DNA from: Myxococcaceae bacterium
GTDB taxonomy: Bacteria; Myxococcota_A; Polyangia; Polyangiales; Ga0077539
Length of the DNA stretch: 64,000 bases
Assembly: GCA_004297725.1 (NCBI GenBank)
Contig: SCUS01000160.1
Coordinates: forward strand, 5,615-69,614
Reading direction: 5' to 3'
Under the pieces are notes generated by a model that did not search any database, had not been told where the DNA came from, and saw only the letters and a list, made by a program, of their open reading frames with translations. A program made the position numbers and the translations under genes. Below, one piece after another: positions 16,835 through 25,898 of the stretch (position 1 is its first letter; the number at the start of each line of letters is the position of its first letter).

Positions 16835-19072
16835 TCACTCCGCCCGCACCGTCGCGCGCAGCCCCTCGGCGGCCGCGTCGGGCGCCACGATGACGTCGTA
16901 CGCGATGGGCTCCAGCACCCACGCCGAGCTCGCGGTGTCCCAGTACGCGAGCTCGTCGGCGCGCACGGTCAGCGTCACCCGGGCGCTCGCCCCGGGCGCG
17001 AGCTCCACCTGCGCGAAGGAGCGCAGGTCGCGCGGGGAGCGCTCCACCCTCGACCCTCGCGCCGTCACATAGAGCTGCGCGGTCTCGATGGCCCTCACGG
17101 CTCCACGGTTGGTCACCGTCACCGAGGCCGTGAAGCTCTGGCCCGCGCGCACCGTCGTCGCCGAGAGCGAGAGCTCGCTGTAGCCGAAGGTCGTGTAGCT
17201 GAGCCCGCTGCCGAAGGCGTGCGCCGCAGGGACGCCCTCCCTCGCGAGGTGCCGGTAGCCGTGGAAATACCCGTAGGTCACCGCGTCGGAGCGGTTGTCG
17301 AAGACCGGCAGGTCGGCCTCCCGCTCGGGGATCGAGAAGGGCAGCCTCCCCGAAGGCGCCGCGTCGCCGAAGAGCACCTCGGCCAGCGCGCTGCCCCCCT
17401 GGACGCCCGGGTAGAACGCCATCACCACCGCCTCGACCTCGTCGCGCCACCCGCTCGTGAGGATCGCCGCGCCGCCCTCCAGCACCACCACCACCCGCTC
17501 GTGGAGCGCCGCCGCCGCGCGGATCAGCCCCACCTCCCCCGCCGGCAGCGCGAGCCCGTCGCGGTCGCCGGCGCCCACCTCCGCCTCGCCCTCGTCGCCC
17601 GCCTGGAGGCCCGTCACGACCACCACGGCGTCGGCCTCCCTCACCGCGCGCTGCCCCGCCTCGTCGAGCGCGTCGCCCGGGAGGTGCGTCACCGTGACCC
17701 CCGCCCCGACGCGCGCCCTCAGGCCCTCGAGGGCGGTCACCACCTGCGCCGAGCGCACGTTGCTGCTGCCGTGGTCGCCGAGGTTCTCGACGTCGGCGTT
17801 GCGCCCCAGCACCACGAGGCGTCGCAGCGAGCCCGCGTCGAGGGGCAGCGCGGGAGCACCGCGCGAGGCCTCGTTGCGAAGGAGCACCATGCCGCGGCGG
17901 GCGACCTCGCGGGCGAGCGAGAGGTGCTCCGGGGTGAGCCTGCGCGTGGGGTCGTCGGCGACCCGTGCGCGGGCGTCGAGGCCGTAGCAGAGCTGGGCGC
18001 GCAGGATGCGACGGAGCGAGACGTCGATCTCGCGCTCGCGGATCTCTCCCTGCTCGATGCGGGAGGTCAGCCGCTCGAAGTGCAGCCCGATGGGCATCTC
18101 GATGTCGAGGCCCGCGCGCACCGACTCGACGTCGCCGTGGGTGCCGAGGATCCAGTCGGACTCGACGAAGCCCGCGAAGCCCCACTCGCCGCGGAGCACG
18201 TCGCGCAGCAGGTGGGCGCTCTGGTCGCTCCAGTCGCCGTTGACCTTGTTGTAGGCGCTCATCACCGAGGCCACGCGGGCGTCGACCACGGCGCGGCGGA
18301 AGTGCGGGAGGTAGACCTCTCTCAGCGTGCGCTCGTCCATGCGCACGTCGACGCGGTGGCGGCTGTCCTCGATGCTGTTGGCGGCGAAGTGCTTGGCGCT
18401 GGCGAGCACCCCTCGCGACTGCACGCCCTCGATGAAGGCGACGGCCATGGCGCCGAGGTGGTGGGTGTCCTCGGAGTAGGTCTCCTGGGCGCGGCCCCAG
18501 CGGGGGTGGCGGAGGATGTTCATGGTGGGCGCGAGCAGCACGTCGACGCCGAGGGAGCGCACCTCCTCGGCGATGGCCTCGCCCACCCGGCGCTCGAGCG
18601 ACGGGTCCCAGGTGGCGCCTCGCATCATGGCCACGGGGAAGGCCGTGGCCTCGACCTGGGTGAAGGCGCTGAGGCCGCGCGGTCCATCGAGCATGTGGAG
18701 CCCTGGGATGCGGTGGGCCTCGTTGCCCGGAACCTCCCACGTATGCTCGACGAGCCCGAGGGTGTGGCCGTGCATGAGCGCGACCTTCTCCGCGGGGGTG
18801 AGCGCCGAGAGCAGGGCGGTGATGCGGGCCTCGATGGCGTCGGCGTCGGCCGAGCCGCAGTAGGCGCGGGTCGCCGCGGTGGGCGTGAAGGCCTCGGCGA
18901 CGTAGGAGCGGGTGCTGTCCATGGGGTTCACCTGGGGCCCGTCGTCACAGGCGGCGAGGGCCGCAGAGAGCGCGAGGGCGGCGACGCGAAGGCGGATGGA
19001 GCGCGAGGGCACGGCGACCGGAGCGTACACGCCCGACGTGCCATGACCGGAGGTGAGGGGCGCTCTACCCAA
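16835..19072 (-). CDS. Glycoside hydrolase family 3 (beta-glucosidase/BglX-like) lipoprotein
   Basis: GH3 blocks: RIPGLHMLDGPRG, KHFAANSIEDSRHRVDV..DERTLREVYLPHF, GFVESDW. A C-terminal FnIII-like domain is present. True start is uncertain: the signal peptide RLRVAALALSAALAAC suggests an internal GTG start. Confidence 0.88.
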   Translation of the reverse strand: MGRAPLTSGHGTSGVYAPVAVPSRSIRLRVAALALSAALAACDDGPQVNPMDSTRSYVAEAFTPTAATRAYCGSADADAIEARITALLSALTPAEKVALMHGHTLGLVEHTWEVPGNEAHRIPGLHMLDGPRGLSAFTQVEATAFPVAMMRGATWDPSLERRVGEAIAEEVRSLGVDVLLAPTMNILRHPRWGRAQETYSEDTHHLGAMAVAFIEGVQSRGVLASAKHFAANSIEDSRHRVDVRMDERTLREVYLPHFRRAVVDARVASVMSAYNKVNGDWSDQSAHLLRDVLRGEWGFAGFVESDWILGTHGDVESVRAGLDIEMPIGLHFERLTSRIEQGEIREREIDVSLRRILRAQLCYGLDARARVADDPTRRLTPEHLSLAREVARRGMVLLRNEASRGAPALPLDAGSLRRLVVLGRNADVENLGDHGSSNVRSAQVVTALEGLRARVGAGVTVTHLPGDALDEAGQRAVREADAVVVVTGLQAGDEGEAEVGAGDRDGLALPAGEVGLIRAAAALHERVVVVLEGGAAILTSGWRDEVEAVVMAFYPGVQGGSALAEVLFGDAAPSGRLPFSIPEREADLPVFDNRSDAVTYGYFHGYRHLAREGVPAAHAFGSGLSYTTFGYSELSLSATTVRAGQSFTASVTVTNRGAVRAIETAQLYVTARGSRVERSPRDLRSFAQVELAPGASARVTLTVRADELAYWDTASSAWVLEPIAYDVIVAPDAAAEGLRATVRAE

Positions 19073-19101
19073 AGGCCGATCCGCGCAGTAACGGATTGCC
19101 C

Positions 19102-21744
19102 ATGATCCGCCGCGCCGCCCTCCCCCTGCTCATCGCCGCTGCCGCTGCCTGCTCGTCGGACCCGGCGCCCGGCGCTCCTCCCTCCGACGCGGAGACCCCC
19201 GCCGACGTCGTCGTCGCCATCGACCTGGGAAGCCCGGTCGATGTGCCCACGGTCGATGTGCCCACGGTCGATGTGCCCACGGTCGATGTGCCCACGGTCG
19301 ATGTGCCCACGGTCGATGTGCCCGCGGTCGATGTGCCCGCGGACCGTGGCGCTCCGGTCGATGTCGGGGTCGATGCCGGGGCGCGCGATGCGGGCTTCGA
19401 CGTGGTGGATGTCCTGGTGGTGGTCGATGTCGCGACGGACGTGGGCCGTGACGCGGGCGCTCCCGACACCGGTCCGGTCGACGCCGGGACCCCCGACGCG
19501 GGCTGCGTCTCTCCCCGTCGCCTCTGCGGCGAGGTGTGCACCGACACCGCGAGCGACAGCGCCCACTGCGGCGGCTGCGGGGTGCGCTGCGCCGGGGTGT
19601 GCAGCCGCGGAGCCTGCACCCAGGTGGCCCAGGTGGCGGCGGGAACGGACTTCACCTGCGCCCGGCTGGTCGACGGCGCGGCGCGCTGCTGGGGCAACAA
19701 CGAGAACGGGCAGCTCGGCGACGGAACCGGCGGGACGCGCACCGGGCGCTGGCGGCCGACGCCGGTGATCGGCCTCGCCAACGCCGTGCAGATCGTGGCG
19801 GGCAACACCCACGCATGCGCCCGCCTGGCCGACGGGACGGCGCAGTGCTGGGGGCGCAACAGCAGCGGGCAGCTCGGCGGCGGGACGGCCGGGGGCCTCG
19901 GGCTGACGCCTCGCGCGGTCGTCGGCCTCGTCGGCGTTGCAGAACTCTCCCTGGGGGAGAACTTCACCTGCGCCCGGCTCAACGACGGGACGGTGCGCTG
20001 CTGGGGCAACAACCTCAGCGGGCAGATGGGCCTCGGGACGCAGACCGGCTCGGTGCTCACTCCGACGATGGTCCCGGGCTTGAGCGGGGTGGTGTCGATC
20101 TCGTCGGGGGTGGCTCACACCTGCGCGGTGCTCTCCGACGGGACGGCGCGCTGCTGGGGGATGAACTTCCAGGGCCAGAGCGGCGCGGGCGCCGGGGTGG
20201 ATCGGGCGCTGTCTCCCGTGATGGTCCAGGGGCTGAGCGGCGCCGTGGGGATCTCCCTCGGCAGCTTCCACTCCTGCGCATGGCGCTCCGACGGGACCGC
20301 TCGCTGCTGGGGGGACAACAGCGGCTACGACCTTGGCGACGGCACCAGCGCCCGCCGCGACGCGGCCGTGGCCGTGCTGGGCCTCGACCGGGTGGCGAAC
20401 CTCACCTCGGGCGCCTCGTTCACGTGCGCGCGGCGAACCGACGGCGCCGTGCTCTGCTGGGGCACCAACGCCCTCGGGCAGATGGGAGACGGAACCCTCG
20501 GCGGCGCCCAGATGACCCCGACGGTGGTTCCAGGGCTCGGGGCGGTGACGGAGGTCACGGCGCGAGGCAACCACGCCTGCGCCCGACGGATGGACGCGAG
20601 CGTCCGCTGCTGGGGAAGCGACGCGGCGGGAGAGCTTGGCGACGACGCGGGCCTCTCGGGCCACCGCACCCCGGAGACGGCGCTGGGCGTGCGGGCCGGC
20701 GCGGTGCAGGTCGCGGCGGGCGGAGAGCACACCTGCGCCCGCTTCGCAGACGGATCGGCGCAGTGCTGGGGCAGCGGCAACACCGGCGAGCTCGGCGACG
20801 GCGTCACGGCGAGGTCGCGGCACGTGCCCGTCGCGGTGAGCGGGCTCACGGGCGCCGCGGCGCTCGCGGCGGGGAGCTTCGGCACCTGCGCGAGGATGAC
20901 CGACGGGACGGTGCGCTGCTGGGGATACAACAGCGACGGACAGATCGGAGACGGCACCGAAGGGGGCACCCGCGCGACGCCGACGGTGGCGCTCGGGCTG
21001 AGCGGGGTGACCGACCTCGGGCTTGGGCAGACCTTCGCGTGCGCCCTCTCGGGAGGGAGCGTGCGGTGCTGGGGGAGCAACAACAACGGGAGGCTGGGGA
21101 TCAACTCCGCGGGGATGTACGGGATCCCCCGGGCGAGCAGCCCGGTGGTGGGGCTGAGCGGCGCGGCGGGGGTGGGCCTTGGGTTGTTTCACGCGTGCGC
21201 GTGGACCAGCGCGGGCGCGGCGCGGTGCTGGGGAGCCAACGACGACGGACAGCTCGGCGACGGCACCACCACGGCGCGCTGGGTGTCCACGGCGGTTCCG
21301 GGGACGGGCACCGTGACCGCCCTGGTCGGCGGCTACAGCCACACCTGCGCCCTGCGCTCCGACGGGACGGTGGCCTGCTGGGGCCGCAACTCCGCCGGGC
21401 AGGTGGGGGACGGCACCACCACGAGCCCACGCCCCGCGGCGATCGCGGTGGCCGGGCTGACGGGCGTGGCGCAGCTTGCGGCCGGGGAGTTTCACACCTG
21501 CGCCCGGAGGACGGACGGCACGGTGCGCTGCTGGGGCAACAACGACTACGGGCAGTGCGGCGACGACTCGCAGGGGGGCTCGCGGCCCTCGCCGGTGACG
21601 GTGCGCGAGCTCACGGGCGTGGCGGAGATCGCCGCGGGCGCCAACCACACCTGCGCTCGGATGATGGACGGGACGCTGCGCTGCTGGGGCAGCGACCGGA
21701 CGGGTCAGCTGGCGCTCGGAGCGCTCCGAACGCCGCGCTGGTGA
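19102..21744 (+). CDS. Secreted lipoprotein with a VDVPT linker, one Stig1-like Cys module and 14 RCC1 repeats
   Basis: ATG 19102 (MIRRAALPLLIAAAAAC). The track start at 19096 is TTG. Fourteen copies of ...H.CA...DG...CWG.N..GQLG.G. fit two 7-bladed RCC1 propellers. Confidence 0.85.
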   Translation: MIRRAALPLLIAAAAACSSDPAPGAPPSDAETPADVVVAIDLGSPVDVPTVDVPTVDVPTVDVPTVDVPTVDVPAVDVPADRGAPVDVGVDAGARDAGFDVVDVLVVVDVATDVGRDAGAPDTGPVDAGTPDAGCVSPRRLCGEVCTDTASDSAHCGGCGVRCAGVCSRGACTQVAQVAAGTDFTCARLVDGAARCWGNNENGQLGDGTGGTRTGRWRPTPVIGLANAVQIVAGNTHACARLADGTAQCWGRNSSGQLGGGTAGGLGLTPRAVVGLVGVAELSLGENFTCARLNDGTVRCWGNNLSGQMGLGTQTGSVLTPTMVPGLSGVVSISSGVAHTCAVLSDGTARCWGMNFQGQSGAGAGVDRALSPVMVQGLSGAVGISLGSFHSCAWRSDGTARCWGDNSGYDLGDGTSARRDAAVAVLGLDRVANLTSGASFTCARRTDGAVLCWGTNALGQMGDGTLGGAQMTPTVVPGLGAVTEVTARGNHACARRMDASVRCWGSDAAGELGDDAGLSGHRTPETALGVRAGAVQVAAGGEHTCARFADGSAQCWGSGNTGELGDGVTARSRHVPVAVSGLTGAAALAAGSFGTCARMTDGTVRCWGYNSDGQIGDGTEGGTRATPTVALGLSGVTDLGLGQTFACALSGGSVRCWGSNNNGRLGINSAGMYGIPRASSPVVGLSGAAGVGLGLFHACAWTSAGAARCWGANDDGQLGDGTTTARWVSTAVPGTGTVTALVGGYSHTCALRSDGTVACWGRNSAGQVGDGTTTSPRPAAIAVAGLTGVAQLAAGEFHTCARRTDGTVRCWGNNDYGQCGDDSQGGSRPSPVTVRELTGVAEIAAGANHTCARMMDGTLRCWGSDRTGQLALGALRTPRW
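19237..19341. repeat. 15-bp tandem repeat (7 units) encoding VDVPT
   Basis: GTCGATGTGCCCRCG x7, in frame in the RCC1 lipoprotein gene. Confidence 0.95.
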
Positions 21745-21757
21745 GCGGGGGGAGCGA

Positions 21758-23005
21758 TCAGAAGCAGATGCTGCCCGAGCAGCGCAGCCCGAGGTTGCAG
21801 GTGTTGCCCGCGCAGCAGGGCTGGAGGCGGCTGCCGCAGCGCACGCTGGTGCCGCAGCGGTTGGTGGACGAGCAGGAGAGGCCGACGTTGCAGGTGCTTC
21901 CGCCGCAGCAGACCTCGCCCGACGCCCCGCACGACGAGCAGGTGCCGCTGGCGCAGGCGAGGCCGACGTTGCAGGTGCTTCCGGCGCAGCAGGGCTGACC
22001 GCTGGTGCCGCAGGCGACGCACGACCCGCCGCTGCAGGTGAGCGTCGCGCCGTTGCAGGTGCTCCCGCCGCAGCAGGTCTGACCCGCGTCTCCGCAGGTG
22101 GACACCTGGCAGGTGTTGCTGCGGCAGGCGAGGCCCGAGGAGCAGGTCGACCCGGCGCAGCAGGTCTGGCCGGGGCCGCCGCAGGCCTGGCAGGCGTTGG
22201 TGAGCAGGGAGCACTGGAAGCCGGCGCCGCAGAGGCGCCCGGGGCAGCAGGTCTGGCCGGGGCCGCCGCAGGCCGTGCAGGTGGAGCCGTTGCAGGTGGA
22301 GCCCGCCGCGCAGGTGCTTCCGCAGCAGGGCTGGCCGGGAGCGCCGCAGGCCTGGCAGAAGCCGTCACGGCCGCAGAGCAGCGAAGCGCCGCAGGCGGGG
22401 GTCGTGCGCTGGCAGCAGCGCTGGCCCGCGCCGCCGCAGGCCTGGCAGGTGTTCACGCCCCCGAAGAGGCCCGAGCACTCGGCGCCGGCCTCGCAGGTGC
22501 GAAGGCCGCAGCAGGGCTGGCCGGGGGCGCCGCAGGTGGTCCCGGTGTCGCGGCGGCCGGTGTCGACCGGGACGTCCATCGCCGCGCCCGTGTCGACGCG
22601 GGGAAGGTCCATCGGCGAGACCACGTCGAGGCTGGGAGCGTCCACCGGGGTCACCGGGACATCGATGGGCGACGGGGCATCCATGGGCGCGCCGGTGTCG
22701 GGCGTCGCGGGGACGTCGGGGGTAACCCCGAGGTCGACGGGAGCGCCGACATCGACCGGGACATCGCTCCCCACGGGGACGTCCGCCGGGCTGACCGGGA
22801 CATCGACCGCAGGCACGTCCGTCGGGCTGACCGGAACATCCGTCGCCGGGGCATCCTCCTCCCCGGAGCCGGTGTCCTCGACGGACCCGACGTCGTCCTC
22901 GAAGAAGCCCGCGTCGGGGTCGACCACGGGAGCATCACCGTCGCTACAGCCCACCGACAGCACGGCCGCGAGAGCGACCCACTTCACCCAACGATTGCTG
23001 ACCAT
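21758..23005 (-). CDS. Lipoprotein with a D/P/V-rich linker and about 9 CG..GQ.CC Cys-rich repeats
   Basis: ATG complement 23003-23005 (MVSNRWVKWVALAAVLSVGC) in frame with ORF 21758..23956. Repeats fit ACG.PGQ.CC.GS.C..G..C....C. Confidence 0.75.
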   Translation of the reverse strand: MVSNRWVKWVALAAVLSVGCSDGDAPVVDPDAGFFEDDVGSVEDTGSGEEDAPATDVPVSPTDVPAVDVPVSPADVPVGSDVPVDVGAPVDLGVTPDVPATPDTGAPMDAPSPIDVPVTPVDAPSLDVVSPMDLPRVDTGAAMDVPVDTGRRDTGTTCGAPGQPCCGLRTCEAGAECSGLFGGVNTCQACGGAGQRCCQRTTPACGASLLCGRDGFCQACGAPGQPCCGSTCAAGSTCNGSTCTACGGPGQTCCPGRLCGAGFQCSLLTNACQACGGPGQTCCAGSTCSSGLACRSNTCQVSTCGDAGQTCCGGSTCNGATLTCSGGSCVACGTSGQPCCAGSTCNVGLACASGTCSSCGASGEVCCGGSTCNVGLSCSSTNRCGTSVRCGSRLQPCCAGNTCNLGLRCSGSICF

Positions 23006-23025
23006 GGGCGCACCATACACGCACT

Positions 23026-23535
23026 TCACCGACGGGGTCGGGCGAGCCCGGCGAGGCGCTGCTCGATGACGGCGCGGTCGGGCGATCCCCCGACCTGGCG
23101 CCACACCTCGTTGCCCTGGCCGTCGACCAGCACATAGGTCGGCGTCGCCCTCAGCCCGTAGCGGCGCACCACCATCTGCGCGGCGGGCGACTCGATGTCC
23201 ACCCTCACCACCGCCATCCGTCCATGAAGCGCTCGTTCGAGACCGTCGACCGACGGTCGTGCCACCAGGCAGGGGCCTCACCAGTTGCTGTAGACGTCGA
23301 TGAGCGCGGGGGTGCCATTGCCGATGGCCGCGGCAAAGACCGCGGGCGCGTCGTGGGTGCCCCGACCGGGGCGCAGCACCAGCACCGCGAGCGCGACCGC
23401 GGCGGCCTGCGCGACGAGGGTGTAGCGGCGCCAGCCCGCGAGGCGGTGACCGTCGGGGCGACCGTCGACCCACCACGCCGCGAGGAAGGCCACGACCGCC
23501 AGGGAGACCAGGGCGTAGGTGAGGGCTGGGTGCAT
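23026..23535 (-). CDS. Membrane-anchored thioredoxin-fold protein with an in-frame TGA at the active site (candidate selenoprotein, W-U-G-P-C)
   Basis: ORFs 23278..23535 and 23026..23265 share one frame, separated only by TGA (complement 23278-23280). Read-through gives ...ALIDVYSNW-U-GPCLVARPSVDGLERALHGRMAVVRVDIE...GLRATPTYVLVDGQGNEV, a continuous thioredoxin domain after two TM helices. Confidence 0.65.
23236..23262 (-). promoter_or_regulatory. Candidate bacterial SECIS hairpin
   Basis: On the mRNA strand, 19 nt after the UGA: GACCGUC-GGUC-GACGGUC (7-bp stem, GGUC apical loop; plus-strand 23241-23258). E. coli fdhF SECIS also has a GGUC-type apical loop. Confidence 0.5.
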
Positions 23536-23581
23536 GGCGGAGGGAGTAGCGCAGGCCTCGGATACACGCCATGTAGCAGCG

Positions 23582-24178
23582 ATGTCCGCCCGAGAGACCG
23601 TCGACCGCTACCGCGCGCTGGCCCAGCGCGACCCGGACGCCTGGCTGCCCGATCTGGCGAGGAGCCTCAACGACGAGGCCATCGCGCTGCTCGGCGCGGG
23701 CCGCAAGACCGAGGCGCTGGCCGCCTCGCGCGAGGCGGTCGACGCTCACCGGGCGCTGGCGCAGCGCAGCCCGGAGGCCTTCCTCCCGGGCCTCGCCATG
23801 AGCCTCCACAACATGGGCAACGCGCTCCGGAGCCTCGGGCGCAGGAGGGAGGCCGGGAGCGCCGCCCGCGAGGCCGTGGGGCTCTATGGATCGCTGGTGC
23901 GAGAGAGGCCCGAGGCCTTCGGGCTGCACCTCGCCAGCAGCCTCACCGCGCTCCACGCGACGCTCGACGAGGGGCCTGGGCGGGCCGAGGCCCTGGGGCT
24001 TGTCGAGGAGGGCATCGGGCTGATCTGGCCGTGCTTCGAGCGAGCGCCGCAGGAGTCGAGCGCCGCCATGACCATGCTGTTCGAGCTGGCGCTGGACCTC
24101 TCCGAGGCGCTGCGGCGAGCGCCCTCGGCGTCGCTGCTGGCGAGGGGGAAGGCGTTCAGGCGGTTGATGGGGCGGTGA
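23582..24178 (+). CDS. Tetratricopeptide-repeat protein
   Basis: Start at MSARETVDRYRAL (ATG 23582) in ORF 23519..24178. Repeated ...LA.SLN/HN.G..L...GR..EAL....EAV...R.LA.. units resemble TPR_10/12. Confidence 0.65.
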   Translation: MSARETVDRYRALAQRDPDAWLPDLARSLNDEAIALLGAGRKTEALAASREAVDAHRALAQRSPEAFLPGLAMSLHNMGNALRSLGRRREAGSAAREAVGLYGSLVRERPEAFGLHLASSLTALHATLDEGPGRAEALGLVEEGIGLIWPCFERAPQESSAAMTMLFELALDLSEALRRAPSASLLARGKAFRRLMGR

Positions 24179-24187
24179 GGCCGGCGC

Positions 24188-25831
24188 TCACTTGAGCGGC
24201 AGGCCGAAGGCGAGGTGGAAGGGGATGCCCGCGAGGTCGGCCCGGGCGCTCACGGAGAGCACCACGCTGCGCTGCTCGCCCTGGGTCACCACCTGGGCCT
24301 CCAGCCGCGCCGCCTCCTGCGCCGTCGGGAAGAGGAACACCGCCGCCGCCTGCTCGAAGAGAAGCTTCACCTCGGGCTCCTCGGCGCCCGGAGGGAGCTG
24401 CGCCAGCACCCAGCGGGCGAAGCGCACCACGCGCCCGGTGAGCACCTGCGCCGAGAGCGGCACCACGTCGTCGCCCTTCCTCGCCGTCGGCATCGACGAC
24501 AGGATGATCGCGTCGCTGTTGCGGCCGCTGCCGAGGCCGATGATCCCGAGCTCGGCCAGCCGGCTCTGGGCCCTGATGGAGTAGAAGGTCTCCGTCGGCA
24601 CCAGGTTGCCCGCGTCGCGACCGCTGGGCAGCTCGTACGAGCCGGCGGCCTTGAGGGCCCCCTGCGGCCCGACGATGCGCGCGAAGGCGCCGCTCTTGTG
24701 GTAGCTCGCCGAGAGCATCGCCCCCAGCGCCGCCACGGGGGATCCGAACACCACGCGACGCGCCGCGCCCGTGCCCTCGGTGCGAAGCACCGGGCGGTTG
24801 CTCACCACCGCGAGCCAGCGAGAGGCCTCGTCGGCGCGGAGCTCCTTCCATGCCGAGGGGAGCGAGCCGTCGTCGTCCTCGATGCGGGCCGAGACCGCGT
24901 GCGGGTCCTTCTGGCCGAAGAGGGCGGAGGTCACGCCCGCCACCACGGGGATGTCGTTGTCCGCGCCGAGGTTGGCCAGCTCCTGCAAGCGAGCGGGGTC
25001 ATCGACCGCGTCGAACACGAAGATCGCGTCCGGCGCCTCGTCCTCGGGCACCTCCGGGAGCGCCGCCCGGATCGCGTCGAGCGTCCCGGCGGCGTCCACG
25101 TCCAGCACCTCGACGCCGATGCCCGCGTTCTCGGGGCACTGGTCTACCAGCAGCTTGAGTCCTCGCCACGCCGACTCCAGCGCCGACACCTCGGGCGAGC
25201 GCAGGATGTCCACCGCGGTGCCGAACACCTCGGCCTCGATCACGTCCCTCGCGCCCCGCCCCGCGGCGGGCTGCGTCGCCGTCGTCGAGGGCCCTCGCAT
25301 CGCCTTGAGGAAGCTGCTCACCGCGGTGCCCGCGGAAGGCGGCGCCACCGGGGTGCTGTCCGCCGAGAGCAGCGAGTCGAGCGTGGTCGACGCGGGCGCC
25401 GCCGCCGGGGCGGGCGCCGCCGCCGGGGCGGGCGGGGTCACGTTGAGCTTCGTCTTGAGCGCCGCGGCCAGCTTGCCGTCGCCCACCAGCTCGATGACCC
25501 TCGCCACCGCCGTCACCGGGTCGGGGCGCTTCGTCGCGTCGGTCTGCGCCAGCGAGGCGCCCAGCGCGGAGAGCCCCGCCAGGGCGGGGACCGAGGCGAT
25601 CACGTCGCTGGCCTGGAAGGCCTTGAGCGAGCCGAAGGCCACCGGGTAGGAGCGCTTCGCCCCGTCGCCGAGGCGGTCGGGCACCGTCGCGTCGACCTTC
25701 AGCGCGGTCGCCTCGAGGGTGGGCGCGAAGCTGTTGGGGGACACCGTGAAGCGCCGCCCGGAGGGCTTCGCGGTGAACGCGCCCGCCACGAGCCAACGCA
25801 CCCGCACGCCCGTCTTGTCGTCTGTGCTCAT
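24188..25831 (-). CDS. TssB-TssC (VipA-VipB)-like contractile sheath fusion protein
   Basis: ATG 25829-25831 with GGAG 8 nt upstream. The N-terminal ~120 aa fit the TssB pattern (VAGAFTA..RRF.V.PNSF...L......V.DRL......V.F.SLKAF.ASDV...VPAL..L). A P/A-rich linker follows. Then TssC-like blocks appear (ALESAWRGLKLLVDQ, AIFVFDAV, IPVVAGV..ALFG). Confidence 0.65.
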   Translation of the reverse strand: MSTDDKTGVRVRWLVAGAFTAKPSGRRFTVSPNSFAPTLEATALKVDATVPDRLGDGAKRSYPVAFGSLKAFQASDVIASVPALAGLSALGASLAQTDATKRPDPVTAVARVIELVGDGKLAAALKTKLNVTPPAPAAAPAPAAAPASTTLDSLLSADSTPVAPPSAGTAVSSFLKAMRGPSTTATQPAAGRGARDVIEAEVFGTAVDILRSPEVSALESAWRGLKLLVDQCPENAGIGVEVLDVDAAGTLDAIRAALPEVPEDEAPDAIFVFDAVDDPARLQELANLGADNDIPVVAGVTSALFGQKDPHAVSARIEDDDGSLPSAWKELRADEASRWLAVVSNRPVLRTEGTGAARRVVFGSPVAALGAMLSASYHKSGAFARIVGPQGALKAAGSYELPSGRDAGNLVPTETFYSIRAQSRLAELGIIGLGSGRNSDAIILSSMPTARKGDDVVPLSAQVLTGRVVRFARWVLAQLPPGAEEPEVKLLFEQAAAVFLFPTAQEAARLEAQVVTQGEQRSVVLSVSARADLAGIPFHLAFGLPLK

Positions 25832-25898
25832 CACCGTCACTCCAAACCTATGAGAGGGGGATCAGGAAGAGGTCTGCGAAGGGGGGATAGAGAGAGTC

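Noticed and set aside
14077-16893. 938-aa (+) and 687-aa (-) ORFs spanning the MBL and lipoprotein genes and the inverted repeat
   Set aside because: They run through an intergenic palindrome and across gene boundaries. Their composition is Arg/Gly/Pro-rich. The MBL and lipoprotein frames carry the real motifs.
18928-22368. 1146-aa antisense ORF opposite the RCC1 gene, and 636-aa ORF 16830..18740 in an alternative frame of GH3
   Set aside because: High-GC artefacts. The RCC1 and GH3 frames have unambiguous family signatures.
22098-23069. 323-aa plus-strand ORF opposite the CG..GQ.CC repeat lipoprotein
   Set aside because: It is the antisense of a Cys-codon-rich repeat (GCA/GCC read as Ala/Gln/Pro). 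It has no start context or signal peptide, and the minus-strand frame has a lipobox and ordered repeats.
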